Below, one piece after another: positions 39,612 through 53,639 of a stretch of 64,000 nucleotides of DNA. Position 1 is the stretch's first letter. Every line of letters begins with the position of its first letter. Origin of the DNA: the human T2T-CHM13v2.0 reference genome, Homo sapiens. A program made the translations under genes and the position numbers. The stretch lies in NCBI RefSeq assembly GCF_009914755.1, contig NC_060934.1; one strand, 5' to 3'. Under the pieces are notes generated by a model, which had not been told where the DNA came from, made no database searches, and saw nothing but the letters and a program-made list of their open reading frames with translations.

Positions 39612-40229
39612 TTTTTTCTTTCTTTCTTGCCTTCCTTCCTTCCTTCCTTCTTTCCTTCTTTCTTAATATTTAATTTTATTTCATTTGAAGTTCTGGGATA
39701 CAGGTGCAGGACTTGCAGGTTTGTTACATAGGTAAACATGTGTTATGGTGGTTTGCTGCACCTATCAACCCATCACCTTGGTATTAAGCCCTGTATGCAT
39801 TAGCTATTTATCCTGATACTCTCCCTTCCCCAGCCCCCCAACAGGCCCCAGTGTGTGCTGTTCCATTCCCTGTGTCCATGTCTTCTCATTGTTCAGCTCC
39901 CACTTACGAGTGAAAACATGCAGTGTTTGGTTTTCTGTTCCTGTGTTAGTTTGCTGAGGATAATGGCTTCCAGCTCCACCCGGATCCCTGCAAAGGACAT
40001 GATCTCGTTCCTTTTGATGGCTGCATAGTATTCCATGGTATATATGTATCACATTTTCTTTATCCAGTCTATCGTTGATGGGCATTTGGGCTCATTCCAT
40101 GTCTTTGCTATTGTGAATAGTGCTGCAACACATGTACACATGCGTGTATCTTTATACTAGAATGATTTACATTCCTTTGGGTATATACCCAGTAATGGGA
40201 TTGCTGGGTCAAATGGTATTTCTGGTTCT
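39612..40229 (-). mobile_element. 5'-truncated L1PA (PA8-PA10-like) with a tail-derived (TTCC/TTTC)n tract
   Basis: Antisense L1PA 3'UTR and ORF2 end. TCACTAG is repeated at both flanks (39604 and 40230). Confidence 0.93.
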
Positions 40230-41767
40230 TCACTAGGTGATTTTTCTTATCTTGAAGTTACTCCCTGTTTTTGCAGGTAGACAGCTGCCTTGCTACATCC
40301 TTTGCTGCTTAGGATATTTTAAAAAATTAAATCCACAGAGCATTTCAATATCTGATTTAGTTCTTTTGTTTACTCATTTCCCATTTAGAAAACAAAACGC
40401 ATAGCTGGCTGCCAGCACTCATCTCTTGGGGCAAATGGGGAATGGATTAAACTTCTCCCAGTCACGCCTGCAGGTATCCACCTGCTTATGACTATCAACG
40501 TGGACTTGCTTTTCTGTTTTGCCATCCTTTCCTACTTGGCATTTCTTGAAACTGACAAAAAGCCAGGGGTAGCAAAAGGCAAGAGAATAAAAGGTGTGAG
40601 CGGAGGAGTTAAAAAGAGACATGGCCCATTCACTCAAATGATAACAGCTTCCTCATAACTAAGATCTCGTATTTGATATCCAGCCAGCTTTATGGTCTCC
40701 TGAACAGTTCACAGTGTGCCAAGCTTTGGGCAGAGCACCCTTTCTCTGGATGAAATAAATGTGGCTTCCAGTGGCCTGGTGACATCTGTTGTTCCTATTT
40801 AAAACTCAAGGGTATACCACCTTTTTCTGTCTGAGCTTTTAGCTTTTAAAAATACTTAAAAACCAATCAGCAACTAAATTGCATCTGAAGAGCTATTTCA
40901 ATTATAGAATGGAGGCAGTTCCTCAGCAACCGAAGTATTTAAGAGCTGCGAAAATTAATGTGCATTTGAATGCTGATTTTCAGAGTATAATACACTTTGT
41001 AATTCATTTAAATGTATTCTGTGGGTTTTATTCTAGCTTAAGGCACAGCAGCAGTCCTTGACTCATCATAAAACTACATTTTGAAGGATTTTTTTTTATA
41101 GAAAAGTATTTAAAACCTAAGAAGATAAACTGAGTGAAAGCATAATTGGTCAGAACCAGAATATAGATGGGTTCTTCTCCTTAAATAACATAACTTAAAA
41201 GCACTTTTGTGGGTGATCCTTGGTCCTTAAAGAGACAACCTGGAGTTTGGGTTTTATCAAATGAAAATCCCATCTAAAATTGCCTTTTCCTTGGTTGCCC
41301 GGCCGCAGATGCAGCTTTCGTGCTTTCTAACTAGGAGCCATGCTATTTTTTGAAAGCTACTGACGTGACAGATAAATCCAGCAGAATTAGTGCCTCCATG
41401 GTTGGTGTGTTTTAAATCTGAGTTAATCAAACATAAGCATTTGGCCCCAAAGCCATCGCAAGCAGTACATATGTTGACAGCCCAAAGAAGGTAGAGTCAG
41501 CAAAGGAAACAGCTGCTTTTGCTCACCAGTTACAGAAACTAAGATTAAATGGATGTGCGAGGGAAAAAAGTGCAAGCAGGAGGAGGTGCTCCGGGGGAGA
41601 CGCGCCAGGCCCTGGGTCACCTTTCCGCAGCCTTTAGCAAGAAACCTGGGAAGGACGGATTTGAACCAGAGACCACGGATGCTGGGGGAAGCCTGTGCCC
41701 TTGCCTCATTCAAGCCCTCCCTCCTGTGGCATAGCAGATGAGAGACTGACTCCTCGACATGGAATGA

Positions 41768-42387
<620 letters not shown>

Positions 42388-44009
42388 GCTGCAGCCTCAC
42401 ACAAGGAGCCAGGCCTGGAACCCGTGTTTCCAGTCCCTCTAACCAGCCCCTAGAAGGATCCAGACATTCTCTTTCTCCACCTCTTTTGGCAGTCATATGA
42501 AAAAAAAAAAAAAAAAGAAAATACACACACATATGCTTCTGTACAACTTTAAGCGTTGTCTGGGATTATCTCTGACTTTGATCAGTCCTAGATTCAATAT
42601 TATTTGTGTTTGATTTGCCTGAGTTGCATTTTAATCAATGAGTTGCCCAGAGCAATGCACAGAGGACATTCTCTGGTTTCCACGAAGAATGCCTCTTCCT
42701 GAAGCTAATGCTTCTCTCTGCCTGAAGTCAGCGTGGCTATAAGTGGAGTCTCTTAATGCCCTTGAAGACAGAAGGAAGCTCCTTTCACAGCCTGCCCTGG
42801 AATTTCCACTGCACTCTTCTGGAACAGAGGTTCAGAGGCATCGCACTGGGCCCCAAGCAGACCAGTGAAGTGGTTACTCCTCCGTTTAACAGGCGGGAAA
42901 CCGGCACCTATGTGGAGTGCATTTCGCTAGCATTACAGGGAAATGACAGACAGAACCACAGCCTCTGTGATCAGAGACGGCCAGGTCCGATGGGTCAGAA
43001 ATATTTGGGAACTCTGTATTGCCCCCATAAAAATAAAGATCCCCTAGGGCTTAGCAGAATGTTTATGGGATTTGGTTGAACTCGATAGTCACAGGCGAAA
43101 AGTAGTTTGGAAGACGCTAGGAGCACCTAGTTGGGACTGTCCATCCCAACTCTCCAAACTCAGGAAACCAATAGTTCAGGGATCTAAAGAAGCCTCGGGC
43201 TAATGCACAGGCTGGGCTGAGAGTGTGGCTTCCTTGAGCTCTGGGTCAACTTTCCTGACCTCTGCTGGGCAACTAAAATCTGTAGGATTTGCCCGCTGAG
43301 CCATGACAGCCCAAGGCCTCTGCCCTCTGGTCCCAAAGGGCCCCCACTCCCCAGGCAAACCTAGTATCACAGCCCCCACGGAGTCCCAGGTACCTCCTGC
43401 CCGTGAGGCCTCCATTTCTAGGCCAGGGAGCCGGACCTCTCACAAGGAAACCATTGAGTCTGCTTCTGAGCTGTAGACAGGGGTGGCTTTCATCAAAATA
43501 CCCACTGCTCCCCCTGACAGAACTGGGAACAGAGAGCGCTATTTATAAGCATTCTGGTGGCAATTTCCACAGCAAGGAGGTGAGGCTGGTTTCTGATTTA
43601 CGCCTTTCCAGCCAGCTGTCCCCCGTCAGACTGCACATGCCGGCGTGACATTTCCCTCCAGCCAATTTCATCCTGAAAAGTTGTGTTTCTTTCACACTTG
43701 AATGAAAAGTAAGGCTCTGACTTGAATCATCCCTCACCTCCCCACCCACAGAAAAGTGCAGTTTCCCAGGTTCTATCGGATTTGTACTCATGTCTTTCTA
43801 AGCTTTGGGGACAACACACTTTATCAGGGCTTCTGTGGTGTGCTGTGTGGAGTTTCCTTTGTAAATTCACTTGGGGAATTTAATTAAGAATTTGGGGAAT
43901 AAACTGGGATCTGACTGATTTTTTTAAAAAAATGTATGTTCCTCTGTTCCTCTTTTCCTTTTTTTTTTTTTTTTTTTGCTTTTCTCTACATTTTTAAAAG
44001 CAAAGAATA

Positions 44010-44213
44010 TCCAGCCCAGGCAACATGGTGAAACCCCATCTCTACAAAAAATAGAAAAACTTAGCCAGGAATGGTGGTACGTGTCTGTAATCCCAGCTAC
44101 TTGGGAGGCTGAGACAGGAGGATTGCTTAGGCCAGGAGGTCGAGGCTGCAGTGAGCCAAGATCATACCACTGCACTCCAGCCTGGGCAACAGAGTGAGAC
44201 CCTGTCTCAAAAG
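44010..44213 (+). mobile_element. 5'-truncated AluJ
   Basis: CCAGCCCAGGCAACATGG...GAGACCCTGTCTCAAAA. Confidence 0.92.
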
Positions 44214-44296
44214 AAACAGAGAAAGAGAGAGAGAGAGAGACAGAGAGAGAGAGAAGAGAAAGAAAGAAAAAGAAAGAAATAAAGAGAAAGAAAGGA

Positions 44297-44351
<55 letters not shown>

Positions 44352-44376
44352 GAAAATAAAAGAAAGAAAGAAAAAG
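44214..44376 (+). repeat. Compound (GA)n/(GAAA)n STR derived from the Alu tail
   Basis: Purine tract with a long uninterrupted GAAA array at about 44295-44350. Confidence 0.95.
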
Positions 44377-44632
44377 GATATATCAAAGGTAGGTATTAGC
44401 AGGTAATTGAAAGCCTAGCAGACTTTGATAAAAAAGATAGGAGAAGAGGAACACCCAGTAATTCCAGTATCTTAAGTCAATGGGATGGCACCAAGTCCCC
44501 AACAACATGAAACAGAAAGTTGCTGTTAAGTGAAGACATGACTAATGGAAAGGACAAATGCCAGGGCTACAGGAGGGGTAGACGTGATCTGGGGCCTCAA
44601 GAAACAGGAACTGTAATACATCATGACACATC

Positions 44633-44910
44633 CGTGGGCCCATTACTTTGGGAGGGCAAGACAGGAGGATTGCTTGAGGCCAGGAGTTGGAGGCCAGCCT
44701 GGGCAACATAGCAAGACCCCATCTCCACAAAAAATTAAAATATAAACCGGGCCTGGTGGCTCACACCTGTAGTCCCAGCTACTCAGAAGGCTGAGGCAGG
44801 AGGCTCACTTGAGCCCAGGAGATTCATGCCGTAGTGAGCTATGATTACACCATTGCACCCCAGCCTGGGCGACAGAGTGAGACCCTGTCTCAAAAAAGAT
44901 AAATAAATAA
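44633..44910 (+). mobile_element. AluJ
   Basis: Dimer lacking the first ~25 nt. TSD ATGACACATC (44623-44632, 44911-44920). Confidence 0.92.
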
Positions 44911-45300
44911 ATGACACATCTCTAAGGCCCTCTGGATATTCAGTAGAGCCCCAGAGCTTTGGCCTTAGAGGAGGAATTATAAGGCCCCACCAGCTGGCTC
45001 CAAGACCATCCATTCTTACGGAACTTCACACAAGCCTTGCGTTTTCCATTCAGATTGTTCTGTTAGTGACACGTGGGGAACTTTCAGGAATCTAAATCAC
45101 ACCTTATGAAGTGGGTGAGAATCTAAAAATGAATAATATAACTAGCTGTGAAATTCTTCATGTTATCTGAAATACATATGCCATAAACACAACAAAAATG
45201 ATACTTTAAGTTGAGATCTGAAGGCAGACTGAGGAACAGGGTAAGAGAAGGTATATTCAGAATAAAATTCTACCAACACCTCCACTTTAGAAGTGTGTTT

Positions 45301-45598
45301 GGGCTGGGCATGGTGGCGTGTGCCTGTAATCCCAGTGCTTTGGGAGGCCAAGGTGGACAGATCACTTGGGCTCAGGAGTTCAGGATCAGCCTGGGCAACA
45401 TAGTAAGCCCTCCACTCTGCCAAAAATACAAAAATTAGGTGGGTGTGGTGGTGCATGCCTGTAGTGTCAGCTACTTGGGAGGCTGAGGTGGGAGAATGAC
45501 CTGGACCTAGGAGGTCGAGGCTACAGTGATACAGTGAGCTGTGATCACACTGCTGCACTCCAGCCTGGGTGACAGAGCAAGACTCTGAAAAAAAAAAA
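45301..45598 (+). mobile_element. AluJ
   Basis: Full dimer with poly(A). Confidence 0.93.
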
Positions 45599-45929
45599 TG
45601 TGTTCAGAAATACTAATTGAATTAGTAAGCAAATGAATTAATGGATGAGTCATGAGCATAGGGATAAGAACCATGGTTTAGACTTTTCTGAGAATGGGAA
45701 ATTTAAGTAGGATTCAATAAGCATCCAAAGGGCAGGAGCAAAATTTCCTTATTAAAGTGTGAGAAGAACCCGGATGGCTCTCAGGTTTTCTCTACATTCT
45801 CAGATATTAAAGAAGACTTAGAAGTGAGTTAAGAAAATAATTGCTGCAAAAATACGGGAAAAGGCCAGATGATTGACAAAAATGATCATTAACCCCTATT
45901 GATAGTACCTCAAAAAACATGGTGTAAAT

Positions 45930-46490
45930 TTATCATCTTTTTTTGTTACAAAATATTTCAAGGATGCAGAAAAGTGGAAAGAGTAAGCTGTGTTAAACCC
46001 AACACGTTCCCACGTTCACTTTAGATCTTTCTTGTCTTTTTTAAGAAATAAAGCAAAGAGGTAAAGTTGCTGTGTTTGGTTTTTTTTTTTTCCCCTAATC
46101 CTTGTACATCTCCCTTTCCAGAAATAACCACTTTCCTGAAATTGGTGTTTGTCATTCCAAAACTTTTTCAAAAATTAAATTTTCTTACAGATGTACATAC
46201 TCATACATCATGCAGTTTTACGTCTTTTTCACTTTTTTATAAATAGGGCTGTGCCATACATATCTTTCTATAACTTGCTTTTCTTACTCGATGTACTTGG
46301 AGGATTTATCCATGCTGATTTATGTAGTTCTAAGTAATTTATTTTAAACGATGTATAGTATGTATTATACTTTATGAATATACCATAATTTACATCTCCA
46401 TTTTCCTGATGCTATATATTTCAGTTATTTTAAACTTTTTTTTTTCTGTTGCAAACAAGGCTTCCCTAAACGTTTCTGTTTCTTTTATTG
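45930..46490 (-). mobile_element. Old L1ME 3' region
   Basis: CCAGAAATAACCACTTTCCTGAA...TAACTTGCTTTTCTTACTC...GATTTATCCATGCTGAT...ATACCATAATTTA. Confidence 0.7.
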
Positions 46491-46982
46491 AGCATATCAC
46501 TAAGTGCAACCCCAGGGCGAGAGTTCTCAAGCCCGGCTGCACATTACAGAGTATTTTAAGTGATTTAAGAAAAATACTGCTGCCGGGCCCTACATCGGAT
46601 TCTGATTTAATTGATTAAGGGTCTACAGCCTAGAGATAGAAGACAGAATATATACAGAGTTATAGATTTGGAAATAGCTGGAAATGATACAAGATACAAG
46701 AAAAATAAAGCAAGGTAGTGCTACAGGGCCTGGATCATCAGGGATGAGCCTCCCACAGAGGTGGTGTTGAAGCTGAGACTCAATGACCAAGGTAGGGGCC
46801 ATCAGAAGATCTCAGAGAAAAAGCTTCATGCTAGAACAGATGGTAGGAGGAGGTTTATCAGTTTGAGAAACAGGAAGGAAGGAAGTGTGTCTGCCACCTG
46901 CCTCTAAATTTGTGGGGCTTGGGCTAGAAGATCAAGGCAGGCCAATAAACCATATACCTAAACATTTAAAAATCATAAATTA

Positions 46983-47268
46983 GGCCAGCCATGGTGGCTC
47001 ACACCTGTAATTCCAGAGCTTCAGGAGGCCAAGGTGGGAGGATTGCTTGAAGCCAGGAGTTTGAGACTAGCCTGGACAACAAAGTGAGACCCCATTTCTA
47101 CAGAAATAAAAATATTAGCCGAGCATGGTGTTATATGGTTGGGGTCCCAGCTATTTGGGAGGCTGAGGCAGGAGCATTGCTTGAGTCCAGGAGTTGGAGA
47201 CTGCAGGGAGCTCTGTTCACATCTCCACTCCAGCCTGGGTGACAGAGTGAGATCCCGCCTCTTAAAAA
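46983..47268 (+). mobile_element. AluJ nested in Zaphod
   Basis: Full dimer. Degenerate TSD AAAAATCATAAAT / AAAAGTCATAAGT. Confidence 0.92.
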
Positions 47269-47701
47269 AAAAGTCATAAGTCAATCAAACTATTAAAAAG
47301 CATGTGTTCTATTTTCCTATTTTAACAAACATGCCAGCATAATGACAAAATTTTTAAATATGGATAAAGCTATGGTTCTCTATCTGACAGCAAATCATCA
47401 AAATACCAATGACAACTGAATTTATTATTATTGCGCATGTCTGGGCATGCTGTGGGCATGCATTGGGTAGACCAATGATGCTCGAAGAAGTAATGAAATA
47501 TGGGTAAATAATTCATAAATTATTTTCTATTTATTTCTCTAAATTTGTTTTGCTGGATTGATTTCAATAAAATCACTATTATGTTGTCATAATCAATATT
47601 CACACAATTTGTTTTATTAATAGTAATGATCTAAAAGATTAAAAATAGTTTTACTTAAGATACACAAAATTTAAATATATTTTCATTAAAAACATGAATT
47701 A

Positions 47702-48329
47702 GAGGTGGGGGGTCAGCCCCCCGCCCGGCCAGCCGCCCCGTCCAGGAGGTGAGGGGCGCCTCTGCCTGGCCGCCCCTACTGGGAAGTGAGGAGCCCCTCT
47801 GCCCGGCCACCACCCCGTCTGGGAGGTGTACCCAACAGCTCATTGAGAACGGGCCATGATGACAATGGCGGTTTTGTGGAATAGAAAGGGGGGAAAGGGG
47901 AGGGGAAAGATTGAGAAATCGGATGGTTGCTGTGTCTGTGTAGAAAGAAGTAGACATGGGAGACTTTTCATTTTGTTCTGTACTAAGAAAAATTCTTATG
48001 CCTTGGGATCCTGTTGATCTATGACCTTACCCCCAACCCTGTGCTCTCTGAAACATGTGCTGTGTCCACTCAGGGTTGGATGGATTAAGGGCGGTGCAAG
48101 ATGTGCTTTGTTGAACAGATGCTTGAAGGCAGCATGCTCGTTGAGAGTCATCACCACTCCCTAATCTCAAGTACCCAGGGACACAAACACTCTGCCTAGG
48201 AAAACCAGAGACCTTTGTTCACTTGTTTATCTGCTGACCTTCCCTCCACTATTGTCCTATGACCCGGCCAAATCCCCCTCTGCGAGAAACACCCAAGAAT
48301 GATCAATAAAAAAAAAAAACAAAACAAAA
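47702..48329 (+). mobile_element. 5'-truncated SVA (end of VNTR, SINE-R, poly(A)); SVA_D-like
   Basis: VNTR units (GCCCCTCTGCCCGGCC), SINE-R (CCCAACAGCTCATTGAGAACGGGCC...CACCCAAGAATGATCAATAAA). Perfect 14-bp TSD AAAAACATGAATTA (47688-47701, 48330-48343) at a TT/AAAA site. Confidence 0.97.
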
Positions 48330-48608
48330 AAAAACATGAATTAAGGTTAAAAAGTTTAACTATCATTTGTTTCATGTTTTCCATAAGAAAACATATTTTC
48401 TTCTAAAATACAAATCATGATTAATCAATATCAAAATATTTATTCAAAATCACTTAAGAAATGTTAAAGTTAAAACTTTAGAAAGTTTAAATAAATCTCA
48501 TTAAACATTTTTATGAATATAAAATAATTTACAATTCAAGTGTTGGATCTATATCTGGTTGCTAATTTAAGAATTTTTACCACTTTTCGTGTTACAGCTA
48601 GTCTCTTA

Positions 48609-49493
<885 letters not shown>

Positions 49494-49599
49494 TGGAGGG
49501 AAAAGCATGAATAATTAACACATATAAACAAATTTAAGAGTAAGATGAACTGTTTATATTGCAAATTGTTCCTAGGTGACCTCTGTAACTATTGCAAAC

Positions 49600-51757
49600 A
49601 GCAGTTCATGTGCAGAACCTAAGCCTACATGTCTATGGCCGCTGCTGGCTGGGGCTGAACAGTGGCTGCAGCCCCCAGATAAGCACCATCATCCCAGTAT
49701 TCCAGCCTCTGCCACTCCCTGCCATTCCCAAGGTTGTGGTCTCACGTTTTTGCCTTTTGCCACCATGCCTTCCCTATTGCTTTTTAAGGAAGAAAACGAT
49801 AGCTATCTCGCATTCACGTTTCCGAGAGTTGATAAAACAAGATCCACCAAGAGGCCAAAGCTGTTAATCAGAATGGGAAAGAACTCGCTTTTTTGCTAGA
49901 TGAAAGAATAGTCCTGTATGTTTAGTATAAAAAAAAGTGTTTGGTATGAAAAAAGTTTGTTAAAAGAATATAATTTAGAAAGTCAATATAAAGCAATTCA
50001 CAGTAAGTTTCACCTGAATCAAGTATGACAAAAAAATCTAATGAAATGAAAAACAAAATAAAATTTCAAGAGGTTTATTTATAGTGTGAGTAAAATAAGC
50101 AATGCTGCTGGGGAACACAGTTATACATTAAGTGAAAACTTGGCCCAGGCATTAAAACCTTTTCAGTTGGTGAGTTTATAGCGAGCATCTACAGAGGTGG
50201 CTAGGTATGGGAAAGAAAGAAGCATTTATAAATCTAACCACAGTTGCTTTTGTTCTGAATTCTAACAATAAAGCTGAGAATTTTCAGGGCAAGTTGCTTA
50301 AAAATAGATAAGTTATATGATATTTTCTATTACAGTTGAGGCAAGCACAGATGATAGCTGCCAGTTAGTTGTATTTGTTCATCTTTTCCATTGAGTTTTG
50401 ATATGACCAAACCTCTGGACATGGTACCAGTGACAGCTACACATATCAGGACATGACATGTTGTGTTGTGTTGAGAAAAGTTTTGGAAAATTTAATGTGA
50501 ACTGGTCCCAATTAGTAAATTGAACTACAGATAAGCTACGGTCAAGGTCAGAGTTAGACTTGCTAGCGTACTTAACTGCAATATGTTAATAGTGTGCAAA
50601 GGCATTGTATTTAGCTGTTAAATCATTCACTCAGGAATAATAGTTTATTATAAAACTTTAAGAAGTGCAACATCTTGAACACTCTCTGCCCCTAGATGTA
50701 CAACCAGAGACAGATTATACCTATTGGACTCAAAGTGTGGCATGGTGTTACAACATGGAGGTCAGATGATCTGGTTGTGCCAGGTGACAAAGAGATTTGT
50801 ATCAATTTTTGGCTAAAATAGGCATGTTACTTCAATACAAAGAAAAACATCTCACCACCTTTCACCAGCAAAGCATGAATACAGGTTTAGCCTTTTGGGT
50901 TGACATTAACACGTCCCATGAAATTTTAACTTCCTACGAAGTTGTTCACATGTCATTTTAAAAGAAGTCATACCACTCAGTTTCCCTCTCAAACCAATTT
51001 TCTGAAATGCAAATGAAACACTTCCAAAACTGTAGATCTGAAGACTGAATGGCAAAAGAAAAAAAAATCTCAGATTTCAAACTTTATGCAGTGCACTTAC
51101 AGGGTTCAATTCACACTCTGATTTAATGTAATTTGAATAAAAACTACAAATGGAATTTACTGTACTACACTTCACTGAAAAGTAAATTTTACAATGATGT
51201 TAGAAAAGCAGAATTTTACAAATAGCTCGAGTAGTTACTTTAACAATGAAAATCACTGTGCAAGAATCTATCCACATTAAAATACCTATATTTGTGAACA
51301 GCTGGTTTTCATTATGAAACCGCAGAAAACTACATGTCACTGACTGTTAAAGGTTTAAGGATGAATTCTGGTTTACACAGAACACACAATCTGACATTGT
51401 CACGTTCGGACAAAAAAGTAAAAAGGAACTGTCATGTTTCTATATCCTAGTCAAAAGCATGATGAATGACAAAATTAAAAATCATAAAGCATAAATAAAA
51501 ATTTTAATGAATTGCATATTAAAATGTATTAAAATATATTATAAGACATATTAAGTACATTTATTTTAACTTTTACTTTCAAATTGATAACATATTCTCT
51601 ATTACACATATTTTGTTATGACCTTATAATAATACATCTTTAAAAATAGAGAAAGATTGACTATATTTCTGGCAGCTTGTTTTTCTTCTACTCAATTCAT
51701 TTCACTCATTCATTTCTACATTCCTGGCCCTATAGACACGTCACTGTGTGATCCCTG
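49600..51757 (+). mobile_element. Charlie8-like hAT transposon fossil with a nearly complete, disrupted transposase and a MER102-type 3' terminus
   Basis: Hand translation gives EWERTRFF...PVCLV (49871), LKEYNLESQYKAIHSK (49960), FSITVEASTDDSCQLVVFV (50323), LDMVPVT (50415), SGHDMLCCVEKSFGKFNVNWSQLV (50446), SDFKLY (51070) and TYICEQLVFIMK (51284). Ends CCTGGCCCTATAG...GATCCCTG. The 5' boundary is approximate. Confidence 0.88.
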
Positions 51758-51834
51758 CTGTAGACTGTGAGTTCCTCATGGACGGAGACAAAGGCAGGAT
51801 ATGATTCCACCAGCTTCCCCTTCTGCTCTTCAAT

Positions 51835-51960
51835 GATTCATCAATCACGTAACAGATATTTCTTGGTGCCCTACTATCTATCTGGCACTGTAGCTAGTGC
51901 TGCAGTTGCAAAAATGGGTAAGACAATTCCTGTGTCAGGAGCTCAGATTCCAGGTGGAAA
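51835..51960 (-). mobile_element. L2 3' end
   Basis: ATTCATCAATCAC...ATATTTCTTGGTGCCCTACTAT...GGCACTGTAGCTAG. Confidence 0.7.
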
Positions 51961-53099
51961 CCGAGCAAGTGTTCAGTAGATGTCTGAATTGAATTGATTA
52001 TCTGTCTTTTACCGCAATGCCAAAAAAAAAAAAAAAAATTCTAAGTTACAAAACTTATGGATCCAGAAGAGGTTCGTTGCAATGTAGAAGGTAATATAAC
52101 AGCTTATAAAATTCCTCCCCAAGAGAAAAATTATTCCTCTCTGCAGGGTTTGATTTGCGAAAGCATCTGGCACAATGGGAAGCATCAGATTTTGCATTCA
52201 TGATGAGTAAAATTTAAGTCCCTGAAGCTAATTAGTAAATTAGCATATAGGCTTATTCACCTGAGACCCTCCAAGCCCTTTCCTATGGCTGCAGCATGAA
52301 GTAAGCTTTCCCCAGGAGACGACATTGAAACGTATGTCTAAATAAACATGCCTTTGTCTTCACTGACATCTGAATCTATTTCTCTTTGTCATCACACTTG
52401 GAATCCAGAGGACTGTACTTCTAAGCCTGGTACATTCAGCTCAACACAGCCAGTGAACAACATTTACATTCCCGCCTCCCACCCTACATAAACTTTTCTT
52501 TAGGTTGTGTCTTAACACACAGCTGGGCTGCTATCATAGGATATAGGACGGTACCTCTTTCATGACCTAAGGAGTTGCACAAAATTTAAAGACATAGATA
52601 AAAATAAAAAATGACATGGAGGCTTCTGAGGTCAAAAGGGAAATACAGAAATTAATTGCATGCTTTTTTTCTATTTCAATTTAAGAAACATTTAATTTCT
52701 TATCATTTATTAGCCCAGAAAATACAGTTGTTCTTTGAGCTACTATACTTTTTAGTTATTTGCTAGCATTGTCCTTCTTCCACCATGTTAATCCACATAA
52801 CCCAGCTGAATTCTAGTATAAATCATGCTATTATATCAAGTGCCCATCCTATGCAAGGCCCTGTAGGCAGGAGAGCAACTAAAAAGGTTTTCCATCAAAG
52901 ACAGAATGAAGGATGAATGTAATTGATCAAGTGAAAAAGACAACGTATGAAATCCAGGCAGTCACAAAAGTATGAAATATCATGGTGGACAAAATGAAAA
53001 TATAAATTGTTTGGATGGCTGGGGTAGCAGAGAAAGAGCAGATTGCCCATCTGCCTGGGACCTGGGGCTGGATCCAGCAGCCCAGGGGCCAATCACTGC

Positions 53100-53256
53100 T
53101 CAAGGGAAGGTTTGCTTCAGAGTCATCAGGAGATTTAAAACACACACACACACACACACCTACCTTTTTCTTTTTATCTGGCCAGCAGACAAGGTAACTT
53201 AGATTCAGTAGGTATGGGGTTGGGACCCAGAAATATTTGTCTAAATGCTTTCCGGG
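53100..53256. mobile_element. MER5-like MITE fragment containing (AC)10
   Basis: CAGAGTCATCAGGAGATTTAAAA...GATTCAGTAGGTATGGGGTTGGGACCCAGAAAT. Confidence 0.6.
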
Positions 53257-53606
53257 TTTCAGTTCAAGATGGCAGACTGAGAACACGTATGTGCCTCCCT
53301 GAAACTTTACTGAAATAGTAGTAAAGAAGGACTAAGTGATTTACCCACACCCATGAAGAGAACAGAAAAATTGCAAGGGGGCCGGAGTCCATAATCTATT
53401 ACTTAAGGGAAAGGCTGCAGCAGTTATAAAAGCCACAATTTCTGGCAGAGCTACAGAAAGGCTTCAAAACTGGTGTTAGCAGGAGTGGGTAATGAGTAAT
53501 GTGACAAGAAAAATAGGTGATTAGAAGACAGTCTAGGGAACAGTTGAATCCTCCACTTCCAACTCATGTAGAATAACTGGTAACCCAGCTGCTGCTTCTT
53601 TTTAGG

Positions 53607-53607
<1 letters not shown>

Positions 53608-53639
<32 letters not shown>

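Larger units (their letters stand above)
46895..48608 (+). mobile_element. Zaphod/MER115-like hAT-Tip100 transposon, 5' part, interrupted by an AluJ and an SVA
   Basis: CCTCTAAATTTGTGGGGC...ACCATATACCTAAACATTTAAAA...TAAAGCTATGGTT...ATTATTATTGCGCATGTCTGGG match the recalled consensus. Confidence 0.75.

Noticed and set aside
47702-47830. CpG island or promoter
   Set aside because: The GC/CpG richness is the SVA VNTR.
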